From Pseudomonadota bacterium (GTDB taxonomy: Bacteria > Pseudomonadota > Alphaproteobacteria > Rickettsiales > UBA1997): a DNA stretch of 53,764 nucleotides. Of this stretch, positions 7,194-15,781 are shown piece by piece. The position numbers were made by a program, and so were the translations under genes. Numbering within the stretch: the first letter of the stretch is position 1; the number at the start of each line of letters is the position of its first letter. The stretch covers positions 12,654 to 66,417 of the forward strand of contig JAZKII010000004.1 in the NCBI GenBank assembly GCA_040384945.1, written 5' to 3'. The notes beneath the pieces were generated by a model, which was not told where the DNA came from, searched no databases, and worked only from the letters and a program-made list of their open reading frames with translations.

Positions 7194-10169
7194 TTATAAC
7201 CCCATTGCATTATTTGGGGTATGGTTGTTGGAAAATGGTACTTGAACAGTTTTTGATGCGCTGGGAGAAGGGAGTGTTTCAGCAGTTTGAGTTTTCCTCT
7301 TTTCCTCTTCTAATCTTGCCAATTTTGCCTCGGCCACCTTTATTTGTATTTCCGCTATTCTCGCGGCTTTTTTTTCTGTCTCAATTTCGTTAAATCTTTC
7401 CTGTATTAAGTCCAAAATTTCTGGGTGATTTCTTTTTTTGGCAATCTTCAAAGTTGTTTCAGTAATTATAATATCCTTTTCCTGAAGTAACCTTCGAACG
7501 GCCTCAGAATGATTTTCACCAATTGCTATCTGCAATGGTACATGTCTTTTGATATTCTCGAAATTAACATTAGCTCCGGCTTTAAGTAATGAATCTATAA
7601 TGCCAACAAGGTTAAGATTTACGGCCCAAAATAAAGCGCTGCCATCATCATCATTACTATTTTTGGTATCTATATCAAATTTTTTGGAAGCAATAAAATC
7701 ATCAACCATCTCCTGATTTTTTGACCGAACTGCAGTAGGAAGGGCCGCTGCGGCTACCTCTGATGATGAGTATTTTAATAAAACTTCTGCATGTTGAGTT
7801 CTGTTAGATTCTATAGCAACTGATAAGGGATAATCATTAAGACCTGGATATTTTTTATTTGGATCGAACAATCCTGTTTCAATTAAAAATTCAGTGAATT
7901 TTCTATCAGAATTTTTAGCAAAGAAAATATTTAACATACTCTCTGGCGTAAAGCGTAACTCAGTAGGTAAATCTTGAATCAGGTCAATGCTCTTTTCAAA
8001 AATTTCGTTGAGAATATAGGTAGATCCATGATTTACTGCATGAACTATTAAATGTTTGAAAGTGTCTTTGGGCAGTGGCAATAAATCTTCTTGGCTCAAA
8101 TTATAGCCAGCTTTCATCATGGCAAAAGTTACGTCGAAAGATTTTTCATTCAGGGATTTATCGAAGGTTTCTTTAACCTGATAATTGGCTTCAATCAAGA
8201 GTCGGGAAAGTTCTTCCATTTCCTCTATAGCGCTCTTGAGTAAGATTTTATCTCTTTCTGTTTCCTTTCCTGGTCCAGGATCTAATTCGAATATCTGCTC
8301 TTGGATGAGGAATAAAGTTTTCTGATAATACTCCGGATTGCGATTTCTATTTTTCCAGCAGTATAGTTTCCTGGTATTAGCGGATATCGAAGCAAGATCG
8401 GTTTTGCTTTCGATACTCATTAATGTTATGGCGATGTTTTCAATGCTTTCCGGGCCTAATGCTTCCTCTCTCTCCGGAGTCAATTGTGGAGATATTAATT
8501 CAAAAAATAAATCCAGAGCGGTTCTGTTATTTTCATCACCCAAAGCAGGATTAGTATTTCTAACTAATATTTTAAAAATTTTCTGAAAATCTTTTGATAT
8601 AGTGCTAGTGGCAATTTGACGCGCGATAAGCTGTATTCCATTATGTAATGCAGTTTTGCCATGTATATTTTGTTGATTAAAATCAACTTTACCTTCCAGC
8701 TCCTTAACCAAGTATAAATTATTATTTTCAGTGGCGAAATGCAGCAGAGATTTTCTTTCTTTATTATGAAGATCGTCAGTTTCAGAAGCTTCTGAAATCA
8801 GGATATCAAGCTTATCAGGATTTGGATTGCTTTGCGTACATTCAAACTGCAATTCTTCAAAAATATCTTCAATTTGACGGCCGGATTTTTTTATAATTTT
8901 TTTGGCGCTTTTTCCGGGCGATTTTCCGGAGAATTTTCCAGGTGATTTTCCGGGGGATTCCTTTTTAACATGCTCTTGGAAAGATTCTTCTTCACTAACC
9001 ACAACAACATTTTCAACTTCCCGATTCGGCTTAATTACTTTTGATGAAAGCAATTTAAGGTGCAAATATCGATCATGTTCTAAGAATTCCTCAATTTCTT
9101 TGTAAGATAAGGTCAAATAATGAAACTTTTTCTGAGGATGTAAAACAGCAATTTCTGCTATCGCCGCTTTATTAATTTCATCTCTTTGTTTAGTTGCAGA
9201 ATTGGTCTGCAAACTGCCATCCGACAAGTGTAAATAGTGTGACGGGCCATCAATTTCAATAAAATAAACTTCATTATTAATCTCATAAAGAATATCAATT
9301 TTTCTTACTGATTTAGGATCATCATTTCTTACTGATTCCAATCGTGGAGGATAAACGGATTGTTCACTGTGTTTTCCGGGCAACATGTTTGCTATAGAAT
9401 CTTGTAATTCGGAAATATTTTCGGGCAGCGGATTATATTTTCTGGAAATATTTCTAATTAATTCTTCATCAAAAAATTTTTTGCCGCCAATTAAATCACA
9501 AACCATTTGCGCTTTCAATAAAGCGCCTGCAGATTCTGATGATAAATCTGCTATTTGCGGAGCTAATGCTGCAATTATAGGTTCCTGCAGGGTAAATAAT
9601 TTTTCAAACATCTTACATTTAGCAAGGCTGTGAACCAAAGAGGCGAGGTTGCGTGCTTCTAAATTGGGGATTCTTACCTCCGCTTCGTGGCTAAGTTTAT
9701 TTAAACCACCTTCAAAATCAGAAATATCATGGCCCATTTGGGCAAAGGCGCGCAAAGAAATAATTGCATCGAGGCCGGGAAAATTAGTATTTCTTTTGAT
9801 AAATTCTGTAAGGGCTTGCAGATCCAGTTTTAACTCATCCTTGTCATAACCAAGTCGCGCGAAACCATCAGCAATATAGGTAAGATTAGTGGTAGAAAAC
9901 TCTGAAATTTTAGAATTGATGATGGCGGCAAATTTTGGAATATTCAGGCCGGATAAATTTTCTTTTTTATAGCCAGCGCTGGCGAAAGAATTTAGAATAA
10001 TTCCCAAATCTTTTTTGGAAAATTGGGTAAGTGAAGAATTAATTTCCCCCAATAATTCCGTTAAATTTCTTTCTAAAATGCTAAGATCTTGGGAATTGAG
10101 GTTTGGCAAATTTTCCAGAAAAGCAATAATCTCAAAAGTCTCATGCTTTTTTTTATTAAAAAATTCCAT
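7194..10169 (-). CDS. Helical-repeat + RAP domain + ankyrin-repeat protein; putative effector
   Basis: N-terminal L..I...FA.LG repeats, IDILY..FIEIDGPSHY..T..RD RAP motif, ankyrin repeats (SLLHFAT, TALHNGI, SALFWAV..LLKAGANVN). Confidence 0.8.
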   Translation of the reverse strand: MEFFNKKKHETFEIIAFLENLPNLNSQDLSILERNLTELLGEINSSLTQFSKKDLGIILNSFASAGYKKENLSGLNIPKFAAIINSKISEFSTTNLTYIADGFARLGYDKDELKLDLQALTEFIKRNTNFPGLDAIISLRAFAQMGHDISDFEGGLNKLSHEAEVRIPNLEARNLASLVHSLAKCKMFEKLFTLQEPIIAALAPQIADLSSESAGALLKAQMVCDLIGGKKFFDEELIRNISRKYNPLPENISELQDSIANMLPGKHSEQSVYPPRLESVRNDDPKSVRKIDILYEINNEVYFIEIDGPSHYLHLSDGSLQTNSATKQRDEINKAAIAEIAVLHPQKKFHYLTLSYKEIEEFLEHDRYLHLKLLSSKVIKPNREVENVVVVSEEESFQEHVKKESPGKSPGKFSGKSPGKSAKKIIKKSGRQIEDIFEELQFECTQSNPNPDKLDILISEASETDDLHNKERKSLLHFATENNNLYLVKELEGKVDFNQQNIHGKTALHNGIQLIARQIATSTISKDFQKIFKILVRNTNPALGDENNRTALDLFFELISPQLTPEREEALGPESIENIAITLMSIESKTDLASISANTRKLYCWKNRNRNPEYYQKTLFLIQEQIFELDPGPGKETERDKILLKSAIEEMEELSRLLIEANYQVKETFDKSLNEKSFDVTFAMMKAGYNLSQEDLLPLPKDTFKHLIVHAVNHGSTYILNEIFEKSIDLIQDLPTELRFTPESMLNIFFAKNSDRKFTEFLIETGLFDPNKKYPGLNDYPLSVAIESNRTQHAEVLLKYSSSEVAAAALPTAVRSKNQEMVDDFIASKKFDIDTKNSNDDDGSALFWAVNLNLVGIIDSLLKAGANVNFENIKRHVPLQIAIGENHSEAVRRLLQEKDIIITETTLKIAKKRNHPEILDLIQERFNEIETEKKAARIAEIQIKVAEAKLARLEEEKRKTQTAETLPSPSASKTVQVPFSNNHTPNNAMGL
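8910..8957 (-). repeat. Four-copy 12-bp tandem repeat encoding SPGK-SPGK-FSGK-SPGK
   Basis: + strand ttttccgggcga/ttttccggagaa/ttttccaggtga/ttttccggggga. Confidence 0.9.
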
Positions 10170-10430
10170 AATCAGTCGAAAGTTAAGAATATAAAAAAAA
10201 TCTCATCTTAGTTCCGGTCTTAGAATTTTGTAGTTCAACATTCAATCTAAAGTTGAGAAGCGTTAAATTTTAATAGACTTCTTAAAAGCCTTATTTACAA
10301 GCCTAAATAGGTAATTATTTAGTAAATTTCTTGTTTGGAATCTGTAATAAGACACTACCTACAGGTGAGAGGTTTCTGCAATATTCTCTAAAATAATTAC
10401 CGTGATATTAAAATTAAAAATCGGGTTTTT

Positions 10431-12551
10431 ATGAGTGTAAATTTAGGAATATTGCCAAATGGTTTTGAAGGTCCAAACGCTATTAGAAAATTATTTGGTC
10501 TGCTTGGCGGGCTGGATCATGACAAAGAAGTTGTTGTTAAGCTTGATGCTTCTATAGGAGTACCTGGTGTGCCTTCCCGCCATACTGATGAATATCCTTC
10601 CGTTGCTCTTCCTAATTATACTCAAACTCCCGGCGGTCAGGACATTCAAAAAGAAATTGCTAAATATTATTCGGGAGAAGAATTAAACTTTGGCAATGCC
10701 ATGGTAACTCCTGGCACTAATGGAGCCTTCTCGCATCTGGTGCGATCAACAATTGTTCCTGGATCTGTTGTTTATATTGATCCTAATTGCGCTAATAAAG
10801 AAGCTTATCAAGAAATCGTTGCCAGACAAGGTGGCGTTGTAGTTGATGATCTTAGTTCTGGCATCAATCCAGCAATTATAGTTTGCGATGATGCTAATCC
10901 TTCAGCGCAGTTGAATGCGAATTTAAATCAATATCAAAATAGTCTTATTTTTGCTGACGGCAATTTTCTCGACCAATCTCCAGCCCAAATCAGTGCGCAA
11001 TCATCTGTAAAAGATCGTCTGGTGATGCATCGCTATGTTCCTTCATGCATATCGGTAGAGGGAAAAGAATTACATCCGGATTTGGGAATGGTTTATACTT
11101 CTGCCCAACTCGAACGTGAAAATGGCACACAACCTTTAATTCAAAGATTATGTGCTGCGCAAGAACATGCGCAAACTTGCATGCCTGATGTTTGTATGAA
11201 AGATTTGCAGAAGGTTTTATCTTACGGAAATGCTAATCTGGCAGTGTTTAATGCTTCTCGTGATATTGATGTTACTGGTAGTACCACTTCACGCGATTTA
11301 ACTGCGCAGGAATTTAACCGTTATACTAGTGGCGCTAATGCAGATAATGTTATGTTGTCTTATGGCGGTACTGGAGTTCTGTTTAACTTCGTTCATGCCG
11401 CTATACCAACCGATGGTGTAATCGGAATGTTTGATCCTTATTTTGCTGCCTATGATGGACCATTGGCGGAAAAAAATATTGGGAAAGTAAAAATGGGTCT
11501 TACCCCTGAAGGCAGGCCAAATCTGGATAATTTCGAATATGCTATCATAAATAATAAATTGGATGCAGTTCTGATTAATAATCCTTGCAACCCTACCGGC
11601 CTAGTTTGGACGGTTGACGAATTGGAAAGAACTATAGAAATTTTAGCCAATAATCCGGGGAAGGCGAAAATATTTTTAGATGATACTTATCGCGAATTGG
11701 TTTTTAACGAGGTGGGAGAACAGGTGGAATCACAACCTTTTATGACTATTTTGGAAGAAAAAATAATAAATAGTTCTGCAGCTGATTCGCAAAAATATCA
11801 GGATTTAAAACAAAAATGCGTGGTACAAATTTCTACTGCCAAAGAAATTGGCGGTGACCCGGCGAAGCGTTGTGGTATGGCTTATGTGCCTGATGCAGCA
11901 ATTTATGATGAGATGAAAATGGTTCAGCAATTATCGGTTGGAACTATGGCATGTCATATTGATCGATATGCCGCAGCAGTTTTGGAGCAAAGAAATTTTG
12001 ATATTGAAAATAATAGAGGAATTGATCCTTGGCTTGAGATTGCTTGCGCAACCTATGGCCATAGAGCAATACTCGCTCAAGGCTTAACCCAAAGTTTTAA
12101 TCTTGAAGGTGAGAGTGAACCAAAACAAATTTTTGAGAAAGTTGCCAATCCTAATGGCGGTTTCTTTTTGATGTTAAAACTAACTCCTGAATTTCAGGAG
12201 AAATTTTACGGCAAAAAAATCCCTGAAGATTACCTTTCTAAAACCATGAAAAATCCGGAAAATTTACCTAAGGATTTTCGCGGCAAAACCATTATGAATG
12301 ATACTGACATTGCTGAATTTTCAATGTTGGAATCCTGGGTAATCATGGTTCCAGGCAGCGGATTTCATTTTAATGAAAGAGAAGGTGCATTCCGACTTTC
12401 TTGTTCACGTATTAATGAAGATATAAATTTGGAAAAAATTGCTAATGCGATTAATAATGCCAGTAAAATACTTGAACCGAGTCGCGTTGCACCAGTTTCT
12501 ACAGTGCAATTAGACAGATCTACTCAGAATGCTGTCAGCCTTTACCTCTAA
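10431..12551 (+). CDS. Class I/II PLP-dependent aminotransferase-like protein with a degenerate duplicated N-terminal domain
   Basis: FDPYFAAY, NNPCNPTG, DDTYREL, STAKEIGG..RCG (PLP Lys), PNGGFFL, VPGSGF, FRLS. Earlier degenerate copy VTPGTNGAF..PGSVVYIDP. Confidence 0.8.
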   Translation: MSVNLGILPNGFEGPNAIRKLFGLLGGLDHDKEVVVKLDASIGVPGVPSRHTDEYPSVALPNYTQTPGGQDIQKEIAKYYSGEELNFGNAMVTPGTNGAFSHLVRSTIVPGSVVYIDPNCANKEAYQEIVARQGGVVVDDLSSGINPAIIVCDDANPSAQLNANLNQYQNSLIFADGNFLDQSPAQISAQSSVKDRLVMHRYVPSCISVEGKELHPDLGMVYTSAQLERENGTQPLIQRLCAAQEHAQTCMPDVCMKDLQKVLSYGNANLAVFNASRDIDVTGSTTSRDLTAQEFNRYTSGANADNVMLSYGGTGVLFNFVHAAIPTDGVIGMFDPYFAAYDGPLAEKNIGKVKMGLTPEGRPNLDNFEYAIINNKLDAVLINNPCNPTGLVWTVDELERTIEILANNPGKAKIFLDDTYRELVFNEVGEQVESQPFMTILEEKIINSSAADSQKYQDLKQKCVVQISTAKEIGGDPAKRCGMAYVPDAAIYDEMKMVQQLSVGTMACHIDRYAAAVLEQRNFDIENNRGIDPWLEIACATYGHRAILAQGLTQSFNLEGESEPKQIFEKVANPNGGFFLMLKLTPEFQEKFYGKKIPEDYLSKTMKNPENLPKDFRGKTIMNDTDIAEFSMLESWVIMVPGSGFHFNEREGAFRLSCSRINEDINLEKIANAINNASKILEPSRVAPVSTVQLDRSTQNAVSLYL

Positions 12552-12568
12552 CAATCTAAAATTATGGG

Positions 12569-12593
12569 GACAGAGAATATCTGTCTGTTTTTT
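12569..12593 (+). terminator. Possible intrinsic terminator
   Basis: GACAGA-GAATA-TCTGTC followed by TGTTTTTT, just after the stop at 12551. Confidence 0.5.
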
Positions 12594-12626
12594 GTACTTC
12601 AAATATGACAATTAATCATATCATTT

Positions 12627-13919
12627 ATGAAACTTAATCTAGATCAATTTCAAAATTTATTATCAGTTATTGCGTCGAATAATGCAGCGGAATTAGACCT
12701 TCTTTTACAACAAGAAGATGTGAAATCCGTAATTAACGATATTGATGAAATAGGCCAAACACCTTTGATAAAAGCTGCAAAGAATGGAAATGTAGAAATA
12801 GTCGGAATTCTTCTAAAACATGGAGCTGACGTTAATTACGCTGACCGAGAAAATGGGGGAGGTACGGCTCTAATGGCAGCGGCATGCGAGGGTCATGTCA
12901 ACATAGTTAAGGCTCTTTTAGATAAAGGAGCTGAGGTTAACAATCAAAAAGATGGGGGATGGACAGCTTTGATGGAAGCCGCAGCTTATGCCGATTCGGA
13001 AACAATCAAAGCTCTTTTAGATGGAGGTGCTCATATTAATCAGGCAGATAATGATAATTGCATAGCATTAACATATGCCGTTCAAAATTCTGTGGCTAAT
13101 GTCAGAATTCTTTTAAATAGCGGAGCTGAGGTTAATCACTTGGATAAATTTGGTTATACAGCTTTAACATCAGCCGCTAAGTTTTCTCGCGACCCAGAAA
13201 TCATCAATGAAATAATCACCAATACTTATAAGAAGAAAGGCAATGATTGGAGCATTATGATATATGGTAATGAAAACCAACCAAGCCAACTAACTGAAGA
13301 AGTCTTGAACATTTTACCTAAAGAAAGTGTCATCCTTCTTGCGACTGTTATTGATAAGGAAGAATTAAGAAATTCGATAGTTGCAAATTACAATAAAAAA
13401 AATCCTCAAGATACAATAGATCCTAACTCAATTGGATTACTCCGAATTTTAAGATCACGGCATCATGAATTTTTCATGAAATCCGGTGTTGCAGCAAGTG
13501 AAGCAAATTTTATGGCGAATGAAAAACTTCTTTCCTTAGTTAATAACCCAGAAGAAAGAGAAGTAGCTTTCGATAGACACAGTAAAATCAGTAAGATGGT
13601 TCAAGATCCAAACTTGCTAACTTATTTGAAATTTATTCAGGAATCTGAGAAAAATGAAAAGGAAAACGAAACTTTTAATAATTTAATATCTCGACTGGCT
13701 CCAAAAAATCATTCTATTGAAGAAAACAAAATCTATATCGCCATCCTCTCTACTCTAACTCCGCAGGAGGTAGAAATTCTTGCAAGTGGTCATATTTCAG
13801 CGCAGAATAATTCATCAAATATAAGAAAGGGCGTAAAACCCTATTTTACTGATCCTTCCTCTATTATTTCTAATCCTATGATTTCGATAGGATCGCGAAA
13901 TAATTATTTTTCTATATAG
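12627..13919 (+). CDS. Ankyrin-repeat protein (about 5 canonical repeats) with an unknown C-terminal region
   Basis: GQTPLIKAAKNGNVEIVGILLKHGADVN, GTALMAAACEGH, GWTALMEAA, GYTALTSAA. Confidence 0.93.
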   Translation: MKLNLDQFQNLLSVIASNNAAELDLLLQQEDVKSVINDIDEIGQTPLIKAAKNGNVEIVGILLKHGADVNYADRENGGGTALMAAACEGHVNIVKALLDKGAEVNNQKDGGWTALMEAAAYADSETIKALLDGGAHINQADNDNCIALTYAVQNSVANVRILLNSGAEVNHLDKFGYTALTSAAKFSRDPEIINEIITNTYKKKGNDWSIMIYGNENQPSQLTEEVLNILPKESVILLATVIDKEELRNSIVANYNKKNPQDTIDPNSIGLLRILRSRHHEFFMKSGVAASEANFMANEKLLSLVNNPEEREVAFDRHSKISKMVQDPNLLTYLKFIQESEKNEKENETFNNLISRLAPKNHSIEENKIYIAILSTLTPQEVEILASGHISAQNNSSNIRKGVKPYFTDPSSIISNPMISIGSRNNYFSI

Positions 13920-13948
13920 TTAGAAATATTCATTACGAGGCGCTTCAA

Positions 13949-15655
13949 ATGAAACCAGCGAATCCATTAATTCTTAGTGAAGAAATCAGCGCTCAAATTT
14001 TACAGGCCATCGAAAATGATGATGCAAAAAAGCTGTTTGAGTTAGTGGGTGATATTGACATTTCAAAGATAAAAATTGATGGGCTTGATTTGGCCCAACT
14101 GGCAATGAAGCATAAAAAATTGGATCTATTTGATAAGCTGATTAAGCGAGATTTTTCTTTGCTGCTTCGTAGAGATGAAAAAGGTAATGACCTTTTAGCA
14201 CAGGCATCACAGGCTGGTAATGGTGATCTACATGATCACTTAATAGAGAAGCATGGCTTTGAATATAGAGCGCTTGAAGCTTGGAAGAATGGACTATTGC
14301 AAGATACAGGAGATTTTCTTTGGGATTTATTGCATCATAATAAAACTGAAGCCTCGTTAATCCGGCAAGCTTTCGATGAAGTTCCACCTAACTCTATTCA
14401 TCAAGGCTTTTATAAAATTGTGCAGGAAAGTTTTAGGCTCCATTATCTATTAACTGTAGCAACCGATTCTGAAGTACTAAATCATTTGATGAATATACCG
14501 CCATTGTTGACATATGACCTAGAGGTTGATAAAGGTAAAAAAGTTGCCACATTTCTACCAAGAGACGTGTTAGGAACTGGAATAAGATTCAATGGTGAAA
14601 GTTTACTGAATGTTGCCAAGAGGCGAGGGTTAGATCAATCTGTTGAGATATTAAAAGATATGTTCGAAATCACTTCAGAAGCGAGCAATAAGGCATTATT
14701 TTTGGATAAATACCTTTATCCCCGAGAGCCAAGGGATAGGCCAAATAACTATGAAGAACTCAAAGCAAGCATTTTACCAGATCTCAACTTTAAGCCATGG
14801 CGAGATAATGAAGACGAAACCATCTATTATTGTTTCGATATCCCTGAAGATGGAGTAGACAATACTTACCACAGAAAAGGAACCGGCTTCAAGGAAAAGG
14901 CGCTTAGTGAAGAAGAGATAAAAATGGTTGATGACAGGATCCAAAGTTATTTTGCCAAAACTGATGTTAAAATTGAGAGAATGAGCCTTACCACAAATGA
15001 AGTAAAAGAAGTTATAGCGGGGGCAACTTATAACAAAAATTTAATTTTTATCGCTAAGGCACCGAACGCTACCCAAGGCGGATATACGAGAGAGGTCGAT
15101 GAGGCGAGAAATAAATTTTATGGAACAGAATATAATGATGTTTCGACAAGAGTAGTGGCGTTAGGATTGATAAATGATTATGTAATCATTCATGAAATGT
15201 TACACGCCGTGAGTCATTTGAAACATCCAAAAAAATATCAAAATAAGGATACTCCACCTTTTTATTTTGGTGAGATTAATCGCGACACAGTAATGGATTT
15301 TGCTGTAAATTGCGATTCTAACGAAATTGTGGTTGTTAATCCTGTTGATATTGAGGCGGTTAATGAAGTTTGGCATGGAGTAAAATATAATTTTTGTCCA
15401 AGCAAAGAATATATAAAAGCTAAAGATGTTGCGCTTAAATATGGAATTGAAGCAAAGGGAAGGGAAACTTTAGCGCCAGCAGTTTTAAATCCAGTAAAAG
15501 CTGAAGCAATAGCAAGGGGAACGGCAACTTTAGCGACAGTGGTTTTAAAACCAGTAGTTGATTTGGTAGTAAAAAAATTCTCAACACCAAATGCTAAGGT
15601 TAGTCCTTCAACAGGAAAAGCTTTAGGAGAAGATAATAAGACAAAGAATAGGTGA
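13949..15655 (+). CDS. Ankyrin-like N-terminus + metzincin (serralysin-like) Zn-metalloprotease domain
   Basis: IIHEMLHAVSHLKHP zinc motif, Met-turn DTVMDF, then PVDIEAVNEVW; DEKGNDLLAQA ankyrin-like segment. Confidence 0.7.
   Translation: MKPANPLILSEEISAQILQAIENDDAKKLFELVGDIDISKIKIDGLDLAQLAMKHKKLDLFDKLIKRDFSLLLRRDEKGNDLLAQASQAGNGDLHDHLIEKHGFEYRALEAWKNGLLQDTGDFLWDLLHHNKTEASLIRQAFDEVPPNSIHQGFYKIVQESFRLHYLLTVATDSEVLNHLMNIPPLLTYDLEVDKGKKVATFLPRDVLGTGIRFNGESLLNVAKRRGLDQSVEILKDMFEITSEASNKALFLDKYLYPREPRDRPNNYEELKASILPDLNFKPWRDNEDETIYYCFDIPEDGVDNTYHRKGTGFKEKALSEEEIKMVDDRIQSYFAKTDVKIERMSLTTNEVKEVIAGATYNKNLIFIAKAPNATQGGYTREVDEARNKFYGTEYNDVSTRVVALGLINDYVIIHEMLHAVSHLKHPKKYQNKDTPPFYFGEINRDTVMDFAVNCDSNEIVVVNPVDIEAVNEVWHGVKYNFCPSKEYIKAKDVALKYGIEAKGRETLAPAVLNPVKAEAIARGTATLATVVLKPVVDLVVKKFSTPNAKVSPSTGKALGEDNKTKNR
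15451..15556 (+). repeat. Two 46-bp imperfect copies at 60-bp period inside the protease gene
   Basis: agcaaagggaagggaaactttagcgccagcagttttaaatccagta vs agcaaggggaacggcaactttagcgacagtggttttaaaaccagta. Confidence 0.85.
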
Positions 15656-15660
15656 GATAT

Positions 15661-15687
15661 AATTAAGTAAACTGTCCCCTGAATTTT
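15661..15687 (-). repeat. GGGGACAG-type site (copy 1)
   Basis: Reverse complement AAAATTCAGGGGACAGTTTACTTAATT matches 20654-20678. Confidence 0.65.
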
Positions 15688-15781
15688 AATAAGTGGAGCA
15701 AAATTTATCTATTAAGATTAAATTAAATTTAGCTAGATTATGTTCTTATCATAACTTTAGAAAATAATCTCTATTATTCGC

